Assembly: GCA_965262715.1 (NCBI GenBank)
Contig: OZ253553.1
Location: 960,001-1,024,000 of the forward strand
Reading direction: 5' to 3'
DNA from: Bdellovibrionales bacterium
Lineage (GTDB): Bacteria; Bdellovibrionota; Bdellovibrionia; Bdellovibrionales; JAUICD01
DNA: 64,000 bases
This document shows positions 52,859 through 61,879 of the stretch, piece after piece. Below the pieces are notes generated by a model, which did not search any database, was not told the DNA's origin, and saw only the letters and a program-made list of their open reading frames with translations. Made by a program: the position numbers and the translations under genes. Every line of letters starts with the position of its first letter. Positions within the stretch are counted from its first letter, which is position 1.

Positions 52859-53620
52859 ATGAGATTATCAAGACTTAAAATATATAAGATGTATAGGAGA
52901 AGTCGTTTTGGTAGACAAGGCGGTTTTTCATTAGTTGAATTAATGGTGGTTGTTGCGATCATTGGTATCTTAGCAGCCATTGCCATTCCGAACTATCAAC
53001 GTTTCCAAAGAAAAGCAAGACAGAGTGAATCAAAGATACTAGCATCAGGCCTTTACAATGCTGAAAAGATGTTTATATCAGAGCATGGATTTGGTTCTAC
53101 AAATTTGCACCAAATTGGCTTTACTCCAGATGGTACTGTTAACTATATGGTTGGTTTTGCAGCAGTTGAAGGAGGTACAAAAATCAATCAATCCACTAGG
53201 CAAGTTGGTTTTCATGGCCCTTTACCTGAAAAGGCTGGTGGTGATCTTACTACATTTCATGTATGTGGAGGAGGTATTACTGGCACTCTTTCTTCTGACG
53301 CACCCGATTGTACAGTTGCAACGGGAGCAGATAAAGACACGAGTGGTGTTCCTTTAACTAACTTCCCAACTGGTATAGCTGATTTTCAAGCTTGTGCAAA
53401 TGCTAGCAACACAGGAAATTGTAGTCCTGCACCTGCATGTAATAATGTTGGATCTGGAGCTAACTGTAGTGTAGTAAGTGCTGCTGCTATGGATAATACA
53501 GGTAGAAACAATGTAAGTTTTTCAATTGGAGCTATAGCAGCAATAGGCGGCAACAAAGATGATGTCTGGGTTATGAGCCAGGATAAAACTTTAAAAAATG
53601 TTCAAGATGGAACTCAATAA
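52859..53620 (+). CDS. Type IV pilin, copy 2
   Basis: Same prepilin leader and N-terminal helix as copy 1, divergent middle, same QDGTQ end. Confidence 0.92.
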   Translation: MRLSRLKIYKMYRRSRFGRQGGFSLVELMVVVAIIGILAAIAIPNYQRFQRKARQSESKILASGLYNAEKMFISEHGFGSTNLHQIGFTPDGTVNYMVGFAAVEGGTKINQSTRQVGFHGPLPEKAGGDLTTFHVCGGGITGTLSSDAPDCTVATGADKDTSGVPLTNFPTGIADFQACANASNTGNCSPAPACNNVGSGANCSVVSAAAMDNTGRNNVSFSIGAIAAIGGNKDDVWVMSQDKTLKNVQDGTQ

Positions 53621-53669
53621 TTTTATCTTAAGAACTTTGTAATCTTGTTTTCAAAGAATTCATTTTTAT

Positions 53670-53701
53670 AAAGCCATCTAGGTAGATACTTAGATGGCTT
53701 T
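53670..53701 (+). terminator. Hairpin terminator/attenuator after pilin 2
   Basis: aaagccatcta-N10-tagatggcttt then tatttt. Confidence 0.7.
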
Positions 53702-53717
53702 TATTTTATGAGGTTTT

Positions 53718-54206
53718 ATGATGAAGCCATTTATAAAGTATTTAAGGATACTTAGAAAATATAAATATTGGGTTTATTGCTGGGTTTTGATTGTAGGTGT
53801 TGGAGTTGTCTACACTTTTATTGATCATTTTAATTTAGAACAACTTAGGCAAAAGGAATACTTTCGCCTATCCATGCACTTAAAGAAAGATACAGAAGCT
53901 TTTCAAATGATTATTTATAAAAACTACGATATAAATCATGAGGAAATTTTAAGGACAGGTGGAGCTATTGAGTCTTTTTTAGGTATTTGCAAAGGAGAGG
54001 AAGACTGTAAGTTACTAAGGAGCAATTACGCTGTAAGAGCTTGCAGAGATATCATATCTAGCAACACATTTGATACATTCAGAGTCTATCACTGTTGGAC
54101 AAAGCCAAATTTAGAGTTTACTAACCGTTTGAAATGCCAGCCATTAACTTTTGGTGATTTTAAAAGCTCTTGCAAACTAGGATACAAAATAGCTATGCAT
54201 ACATAA
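53718..54206 (+). CDS. Pilin-associated membrane-anchored protein, copy 2
   Basis: Near-identical to 44784-45269; ends CKLGYKIAMHT. Confidence 0.8.
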   Translation: MMKPFIKYLRILRKYKYWVYCWVLIVGVGVVYTFIDHFNLEQLRQKEYFRLSMHLKKDTEAFQMIIYKNYDINHEEILRTGGAIESFLGICKGEEDCKLLRSNYAVRACRDIISSNTFDTFRVYHCWTKPNLEFTNRLKCQPLTFGDFKSSCKLGYKIAMHT

Positions 54207-54607
54207 AGGATGGTTTAAGAAGAAGGCTCGGGTAATAAATACAGTACTGAAAATTAAGTAACAATAAAAATAACATAAATATATTAGCAACCAGAGTTAA
54301 AGCACCTAAGAAGTGAGACATTATGAAAGCACATACTGATAACATTTTAACAAGTTTTTTTTTAGGGCTGCTTGGCGGTACAATTGTAAGGATTATTTTC
54401 TTATACGTTAATCAATCTACTTTAGATATAAATATCTATAAGACCTTTCTGATAGGTTTGATGATAGATAGCTTGGTGCTTTCTGTACTATTTTTGCCTA
54501 CTTTATTCTTTTTAGTCGCTCGTATACATCTTTTACATCTTTCTAAATGCCTTTGGTTTATATTAAAGCTTCAAAGGTTTTACCTTTTTACAGTTATCTC
54601 TTTATTT

Positions 54608-56014
54608 GAGGTTGTCCCATAGATCGGTGAAATTTTCTTATAGAAATTAGAAGAAAGTAGAGCTCCCGGCTATCCTAAGTGGTCTAGCCGTTGTTTACTG
54701 TTTTTATTTTATCAGGAAATAGATAACAGAAAGGAGCTATTATGAAGAGTAGTAAGAATGGTTATTCAATTCAAGTTTTATCATCTGAGTCAAATGAGAT
54801 TCGAGAGATCCTAGAGCATCGCATGAGATCAATGGTTATTAATATGATCCATGATTTCTTTGAGGATGAGTTATTATCACTGTGTGGTAAGCGTCATGGT
54901 CGTGGTCGTGATACAAGATATTACAGAGCGGGTAGTGATTCTGGGAGTGTTCTTGCACAAGGTCAAAGGCTTCAGGTGAGGAAGCCTAGGGTGAAGGAGA
55001 AGGGAGGTTCTGATATTAAGCTGCGGTCTTATTCAGTGCTTCAAAAGTATGACATACTTTGTGATAAAGTTTTGAGTCATGCTATGAGAGGGGTATCTTG
55101 TCGTAATTACAATGAACTTCTTGATGATATTGTAGGAGGAACGGGTCTTTCTAAGAGTACAGTGAGCAGAGTCTTTAATAAGTCATCTAGGAAGTTTCTT
55201 GAATCTTTAAATGGTCGTGATCTGAGTAAGGATAAGTTTTCATCAATTATGATTGATGGTGTTGTTTTTGGATCAAGGACAGTGGTTGTAGCTCTTGGCA
55301 TCACAGTTGAAGGTAAGAAGTTAGTTCTGGGTCTTAGAGAGGGTCATACAGAGAACTGGGAAGTTTGCAAGGACTTATTAGAGAGTTTAATAGCAAGAGG
55401 TCTTTGTTCAGATAAGCCTTACCTTTTTGTAATTGATGGTAGCAGATCTTTAAGGACAGCTATTAATAGAGTTTTTGGTAAGAGAGCAGTAGTTCAACGC
55501 TGTATTCACCACAAGGAGAGGAATGTTTTAAGTTATTTACCTCAGGAACGTCATTTAGAGTTTAAGCGTCGCTGGAAGATGGTGCATGGTTTTAATGATT
55601 ATGATTCTTCTCAGAGAGAATACAATAAGTTACTGAGTTGGTTAAGCAGGATTAATTATGCAGCATTGGCTTCACTTAAGGAAGCAAAGGAGGAGACACT
55701 GACAGTTATCAAGTTGAAGGTATCTCCACTGCTAAGGAGAACCTTATCTTCTACAAATCCTATTGAGTCTGCCTTTTCTATTGTAAGAGATAAAGTCAGC
55801 AGGGTTAAGAACTGGAGAAGTTCTTCAGATCAGGTCATGAGATGGGCTGCTGTTTCTTTAGTTGAAGCTGAAAAAAAGTTTAGAGCTATTAAAGGGTATA
55901 AAGATTTAAATACAATGGAAGAAAATTTAAACCTATTGACTAACAATAGAAACAGGCGTAGCAAAACATCAAGCTCTGCTTAACTTCAATTTCACCGAAA
56001 CGTGGGACATCCTC
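54608..56014 (+). mobile_element. IS256-family insertion sequence
   Basis: IRs gaggttgtcccatagatcggtgaaatt / aatttcaccgaaacgtgggacatcctc; 8-bp target duplication ctttattt (54600-54607, 56015-56022). Confidence 0.93.
54742..55983 (+). CDS. IS256-family transposase
   Basis: GVSCRNY, LSKSTVSR, IMIDG, VALGI...GKKLVLG, FVIDG, QRCIHHKERNV, STNPIES. Confidence 0.93.
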   Translation: MKSSKNGYSIQVLSSESNEIREILEHRMRSMVINMIHDFFEDELLSLCGKRHGRGRDTRYYRAGSDSGSVLAQGQRLQVRKPRVKEKGGSDIKLRSYSVLQKYDILCDKVLSHAMRGVSCRNYNELLDDIVGGTGLSKSTVSRVFNKSSRKFLESLNGRDLSKDKFSSIMIDGVVFGSRTVVVALGITVEGKKLVLGLREGHTENWEVCKDLLESLIARGLCSDKPYLFVIDGSRSLRTAINRVFGKRAVVQRCIHHKERNVLSYLPQERHLEFKRRWKMVHGFNDYDSSQREYNKLLSWLSRINYAALASLKEAKEETLTVIKLKVSPLLRRTLSSTNPIESAFSIVRDKVSRVKNWRSSSDQVMRWAAVSLVEAEKKFRAIKGYKDLNTMEENLNLLTNNRNRRSKTSSSA

Positions 56015-58051
56015 CTTTATTTTTGTTAAGCTCTTTTGTTGATATCTTTATCTTTCAGGTTTACCACCATAGGCTTAATGGATCTCTGATCACACAAGTT
56101 TTAAATATGCCTTTCGCGATGTTGTTTAATATGATCCAGTCACATTTTAGCTATGAAATATTGATGGTTCCTCTTTTAGTTATTATCGCTTATAGCTGTA
56201 CATGTTGGCATATCTCTATTAAGAAAACTCATCGATTCTTCTCAAAGAGAATTGGCAGTAAAGCTTATAAAGAACTGCCTTTAAAACAGCAATTACAAAC
56301 ACTTCTAATTCCTTATTTATTGATATTTATTTTTACAAGTTTTATTTATGTCCCTACCTTTTCTTCAAAATCATTTGATCAAATTATTTATGTACAGCAA
56401 AAAGAGTATACTTTGCAGGCTGCATCTAAAAACTCTTTTTTATACCTCTTTCAAGAAGTATTCGCATATGAATCTCATTATGATGGTTTTAGAAAAGATT
56501 GGATGGAACATAGATATGATTTCTTAAAAAAAGATTTTCAAAGATTAGTCAGTGAAGATAGCGTTGAGTTTGTAGAGAATTATAAAAATTTTTTGAAAAG
56601 ATCGAAGAATCCAAAAAAAGAATTCCAGACTAAACCTCATATTGTCTTACTCAATGTTGACTCTTTATCTCAGAGATTTCTGGAAGATGAAAATCACCTT
56701 CCTTACTTAAAAGAGATGGTCAGTGATGGAGCTTATTTCACTGATTTTTACTTTCATTATGGAAGTAGTATGAATGCTTTTATATCTTTATTATTTGGCC
56801 TGCCTATGATCCATCGACAGGATTTTTTTATGGATAGTATTTTTAAAAAAACAAATAAGATATCTTTAATGAATATTCTGAAAAATGAAGGATATAAGTC
56901 AATATATCTAGAAGGATGCACTTATGATCACTATCAAGTGAGTGAAACTTTTAAAAAATATGGAGGGTATAAAGCCATCATAAAAACACATTTTAAATCT
57001 TCTTTAAATAAGGATAAATATATGTGTACAGCTAATGATTATCAACTAGCTAATAGATCTTTATCAGAAATAGAAAAAATTTACAAAGAAGCGCCTCTTT
57101 TTGTTAAAATACATCTTATGACAATACATTTTGCTGGAAATATTCCACATGTTGAAGCTCATGGATATCCAAAATCTTTTGATATAAAAAAACACTGTAA
57201 AATATCTAAAGACTCTATATATAAAGAAAGGTTACAAAACGGACTATGTTATACAAACTTTGTAGTTAAAGATTTTATTAAAAAAGTCAGTGACTTAATA
57301 GGTGATAATCTGATAATAGTTCTTACAGGTGACCATCGCATATGGCAACCACATCCTTATAAAGAAGAAAGTTTAGAACCCATGCAAGTCCCTTTGATTA
57401 TTTTAGATAAAAGGGGGCTGACACCAAAAGGTGTGATTGATAAAGTCGCTTCACATCAAGATGTTGCGCCAACACTGCTTTATATGATTGGTTATGAGGG
57501 AGCTTACCCCTTTTTAGGTAGAAATCTATTAGACAAAAATGAAAAAGAAGGGCTTACTGCTTTTCAAGATAGAGATTTTTATAGTTTTAGAACAGGGAAA
57601 TATCTTTTATCATATTATAATAAAGAATCTCATCTTTTTGAAATAACTAAAGATAAAATAAAAGTTCCTTTAGATAATAATGACTTAAGGTTAAGGCTTG
57701 AAAAAGATTTTAAGCAGTATATGGCAGGGCTTGCTATGTGGAACTCTGTCGACCACGTCATAGAGCAAAAAAAACAATAACCTTACTTAAATCTCCGGGA
57801 ATCTGGCATTCAGGCAAACTGGCAATCTGTATCAGGCATTATCATTCACGTTCAACCTTTGTATTTGAAAGCACTTTATATTGAATGCTAACAATATAAG
57901 AATTGTAAAAGCCAATGATAAGAATGAGAAAGAGGCTCGCCTCGAGAGTCTGGCCTTAAAGTAATGAATTTCAAAGTTCAAGAAATAAATTGAAGGTTCA
58001 GCTCAACAGAACTTGTTTCCAGATTGCCAGAGGAATACCTTTTTAGTGAAA

Positions 58052-58217
58052 CGATTTCCTTAACATTTTATTAAATAATGAGGATAACCTTCTACTAAAA
58101 ATGCATCAGGCTTTCTAGGCAGTAAGCTACTTGCTGAAGATGTGAATCTTCAGGCTTACTGCCAGAAAGTAGCCAGAGGCTTACCTCGAGAGGCTAGATG
58201 CATTTTTAGTGAAACAG
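58052..58217 (-). repeat. Family-A element directly after the Rpn copy 2 stop
   Basis: Reverse complement ctgtttcactaaaaatgcatctagcc...ggcagtaagcctgaagattcacatcttcag...gcttactgcctagaaag...gatgcatttttagtag; begins 3-4 bp after TAA. Confidence 0.88.
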
Positions 58218-58220
58218 CTT

Positions 58221-59243
58221 TTACTTAGAATCCTTTTGAAAATTACGAATTTCTTGCTTTGAAAGACCTGTAATCTCAGATACCTTTTCTACACTCATAT
58301 CAGCTTTAAGTAACTTCAATGTGATCTCTTTTCGACCCTCTTGCACACCTTTCTGCATACCTTTCTGCATACCTTCCTGTATACCTTCCTTTATGCCTTC
58401 CTTTATGCCTTCCTGTACTTTCTTTCGTATTACACCAGCCATAGTATAATCAAGTTCGTCCATAATACTCTCTCCTCCTAATTCTTCTGTGACTTCTTTA
58501 GAAGCCTCCTTAAATAAGTCTTCATCTATCTGTGAGTCATAATCCATAAAATATTGCCTTATTGCTAATAACACATCTATTTTATACTGTTTTGACTCAT
58601 TTTTTAAGTCTTTTTTTACTGATAATAAAATTTTACGCAATACTGCTTTTCGCTCTTTTCTGTTCTTACACTCTTTTAAAGACCAAATATCTTCAAATGC
58701 GTATAAAATCGATTTCATACTATCCATCGCTTGTTTTGCTATATCAAACTTGGATAAGTCGAACACATAAGGTTTAAAATTCATAAGGTATGGTGAAAGT
58801 TTCTTAAAATCTTCTTCTGAAAAAAGACCTCTAGATATCCAATCCTCATGCAAAGAAGATGGACTCTTCCATTTCTTATCACCATGATAAAAAATTATGC
58901 AAAACACTGGAAGTGGAAGTTCATGCTTACTCTTACAATACTCATTGACTATCATTAATTGGTATTTTTGTAATTGCTGTATCACATTCTTATCTGGCCA
59001 GCTTTTGTGATCTAAAACTAAAATAATCTTAGCTCTCTTCTTAGAATTCTTGAGCATTATACTTAATACTAAATCTGCTCTAATCTCAGATTTTTTAACA
59101 ACAACATTAGGCTCTATTTTTAATGTAGATAAATCAAAAAGATCTGAAATATCCTTAGATAAAATTGTCTTTAATAATCTCTTTATTTTCTCAACTGTAG
59201 AAAAAATACTCCTAAAAAATATATCATGAGGATGTTTCGTCAT
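58221..59243 (-). CDS. Rpn-family nuclease, inverted close paralog of copy 1
   Basis: Near-identical protein to 40910-41866 with an expanded EGIK/EGMQ/KGMQ repeat tract. Confidence 0.88.
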   Translation of the reverse strand: MTKHPHDIFFRSIFSTVEKIKRLLKTILSKDISDLFDLSTLKIEPNVVVKKSEIRADLVLSIMLKNSKKRAKIILVLDHKSWPDKNVIQQLQKYQLMIVNEYCKSKHELPLPVFCIIFYHGDKKWKSPSSLHEDWISRGLFSEEDFKKLSPYLMNFKPYVFDLSKFDIAKQAMDSMKSILYAFEDIWSLKECKNRKERKAVLRKILLSVKKDLKNESKQYKIDVLLAIRQYFMDYDSQIDEDLFKEASKEVTEELGGESIMDELDYTMAGVIRKKVQEGIKEGIKEGIQEGMQKGMQKGVQEGRKEITLKLLKADMSVEKVSEITGLSKQEIRNFQKDSK

Positions 59244-59351
59244 TGGTATGCACCTCTTACAAAATTCGTGTATTTCAAAAAAACTCCAATCCTCAATATC
59301 AAAGTTCAAGTAGAATTAGAGTACTTCTATGAAACCTCTCGATAAAGATAT

Positions 59352-59446
59352 AGCAAGATACATGCCATGTTAAAATGATGATAAAAGTGGGTTTTAAATT
59401 ATAAAATTGAGATCATGTCCGGATTTTAATCATCCGAATCCGGATT
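59352..59446 (-). promoter_or_regulatory. Sigma-54 promoter module, copy 3
   Basis: agcaagatacatgcca at 59352-59367 (TGGCATGTATCTTGCT on -) and two tccggattt boxes. Confidence 0.75.
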
Positions 59447-59847
59447 TCCTATATCCTCTAAATAATTTTAAACATAAATAATGAATCTCACTTAAAATAA
59501 AAGTTTAAAAATAAAATCAAAACTGCTTCATTAAAGAAAGTTTAAAATGATGAATATACAGTAAATATTCTCTATCTATACTTTTCTCCTTTATCCTTTA
59601 GTAGGGAGAAAAAAATAAGGAAAACTCAAAACAGATAGACTGCTAAATTCCCCGCTTTTCTAGTACTGCCAGCATTAGGAAATACCAATTAGGTAAGTTG
59701 AACTCAGGGAAATCAGTAAACAACAAAATTCTTAAAATTATAAGGGTTGCATAAATCCAATAAATCATCAAAAATTGATTTAAACAATGATAGAGCAATA
59801 TAAATCTATTGGCAGCAAAAACTAAAGCATCTAAAAAATAAACCATT

Positions 59848-60562
59848 ATGAAATCACAAAACACTGATAACATCTTAACAAGTTTTTTCTTAACACTGCT
59901 TGGCGGCAGTATTGTCAGAACTATCTTTTTATGTGTAAATCACTCTGCTTTAGATATAAGTATCTATAAGACATTCCTGATAGGTGTGATGATAGATAGC
60001 TTAGTGCTTTCTATATTATTTCTACCTACTTTATTTTTTCTAATTTTACGCATGCGTCTTTTTAAATATCTTAAGTTTATATCGATGCTTCAAAGATTTT
60101 ATCTTTTTATAGTTATCTCTTTATTTTTATTAAGCTCTTTCGTAGATATCTTTATCTTTAAAATTTATCATCATAGGTTAACCCTACTTCTGATTGAACA
60201 AGCTTTACATATCTTTTCAATATTATTCAATGCACTTCAATCACAGTTTAGCTATGAAATATTAATTCTTCCACTTTTGTTAATTATTTCATATATTTGC
60301 ACCTGTTGGCATGTCCCTATTGAGAAAATTCATCGATTCTTCTTAAAGAAAATTTACAGTAAAGCTTATAAAAAACTGCCTTTAAAGCAGCAATTACAAA
60401 CACTTCTAATTCCTTATTTGTTGGTATTTATTTTTACAAGTTTTATTTATGTTCCTATTTTTTCTTCAAAATCATTTGATCAAATCATTACCTCACAGCA
60501 AAAAAAATATGTCCTGCAATCAGCCTCTAAAAATTCCTTTTTTTATCTCTATCAAGAAACAT
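59848..60562 (+). pseudogene. Second LTA-synthase-family gene, truncated by IS3
   Basis: Paralogous to 54323-57780 up to ASKNSFFYLYQE; the catalytic domain does not resume after the IS. Confidence 0.85.
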
Positions 60563-61879
60563 TGAGGTGTACCCTTTATTTGGAGGATCCGTTCCATATT
60601 TTACTCACTGCTGAGATTCCCATTGTTGTTAATTCTCCTGTTTTCCATTTAGCTTCAAATTCATTAGGTGATAAGTAACCTAATGAAGAATGTCGCCTTT
60701 TTTTATTATACATACCTTCGATAAACTTTGGAATACTTCTTAATACATCTTCAAAAGTTTTATATTCACACAGATGAACCTCTTCTCGTTTTAAAGAGCT
60801 AAAGAAAGATTCAACAAATGCATTATCCCAACAATTGGCTTTTCTCGACATACTGATCTTAAAGCCTTTTTCTTTAAGCTTGTAGGTATAATCTTTACTG
60901 GTGTATTGCACACCTTGATCACTATGATGAATACATCCTTTAGTATCTGATCTCTGCTCTAAACTCATCTCTAAAGCTCCTAAACAAAGCTCTGTGTTGA
61001 TCTCTCTAGAAATAGCCCACCCTACAATCTTCCTTGAAAAAATATCTAAAATCACTGCTAAAAAAACAAAACCATCTTGAATCCTAATGTATGTGATATC
61101 TGTTACCCAAAGCTGGTTGGGTCTATTCACTTCAATGCCAAAAGTTAAATTCGGATAAACTCGATTTGAATGTTTAGAATCCGTGGTTGAAACTCTAAAA
61201 CCCTTGTAAATCAAGGCCTTTAAACCGTATTTCCGCATAATGCGAGCAATCCTCTTGCGGTTGGCTTTAATACTCTTCTCTTGCTCAAGTTCCAATTGAA
61301 TACGACGTATTCCATACATCGGGTATTTACACTGTATCCTCTCAATCTGCTCTTTCAAATCAAAATCCCTTTGCTCTCGCTCTTGCTGTGAAATCTTTCT
61401 CTTGTAATAGTAGCTACTTAAAGGTAACCCTAACGCTTTACACGTTTTTGAAATTGATCCAAATTCTTTCCAGTGATTACCGATGATCTCACGCTTCTCC
61501 TCTGCTGAAGCTCCTTTTTGGCCTTTTTTAAAAACTCGTTCTCTAGGCTCAGCTGTCCTACCTTTGCCTGAAGAGCATATACTTGTCTCTCTAGAGATCT
61601 CTCCCTTGATGAAGGGTTTCCCAAAGGTGTCCCTTGTTGATACTTCTTAAACCACTCTAAGACTGTTTGGCGATGAAGTTGATGCTCCCGGCAAATCTCT
61701 AACAAAGATCTGCCTTCATGCATCGATTTACAAATAGCTTCCTTAAATTCAACATTAAATCGTCTTCTTACTTTGCCCATGATCTTCCTCCTGATCTTAT
61801 AGCTTTTTATAGCTAAAATTCAGGAATCTCAAGTGAGTTACTTTATCACTTAACTCTCCAGTTTATGGGGTACAGACCA
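60563..61879 (-). mobile_element. IS3-family insertion sequence
   Basis: TG...CA ends: TGGTCTGTACCCCATAAACTGGAGA / TCCTCCAAATAAAGGGTACACCTCA on -; no flanking duplication. Confidence 0.92.
60576..61780 (-). CDS. IS3 transposase OrfA (61430-61780) plus OrfB, joined by a -1 frameshift
   Basis: OrfA HTH; AAAAAAG slippery site near 61523-61529; the -1 frame is open (KKGQKGASAEEK...SISKTCKALGLPLSSYYY) into WVTDITY, HHSDQGVQY, WDNAFVESFF. Confidence 0.9.

Larger units (their letters stand above)
54323..57780 (+). pseudogene. LTA-synthase/sulfatase-family membrane protein split by IS256
   Basis: Removing the IS joins ...TVISLF to LLSSFVDIF..., as in the paralog; KPHIVLLNVDSL, MTIH, LTGDH, VPLII, SHQDVAPTLL, GRNLL. 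Confidence 0.85.

Noticed and set aside
45365..53620. Diversity-generating retroelement or shufflon acting on the pilins
   Set aside because: No reverse transcriptase or recombinase; differences include indels and all base types, not adenine-specific changes.
56002..57780. Independent intact 592-aa gene
   Set aside because: Its GTG start lies inside the IS256 right repeat; it is the 3' part of the interrupted gene, though restart translation cannot be excluded.
7618..58777. Short ORFs nested in or antisense to longer genes (e.g. 7618, 8510, 10086, 10597, 13708, 17500, 21669, 28948, 31913, 37279, 40924, 41605, 42131, 45323, 45441, 47243, 49826, 50208, 53058, 55107, 58562)
   Set aside because: Shadow frames of well-supported genes.
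59643..59873. 76-aa ORF
   Set aside because: Overlaps the start of the LTA-synthase paralog on the opposite strand; low-complexity AT-rich translation.
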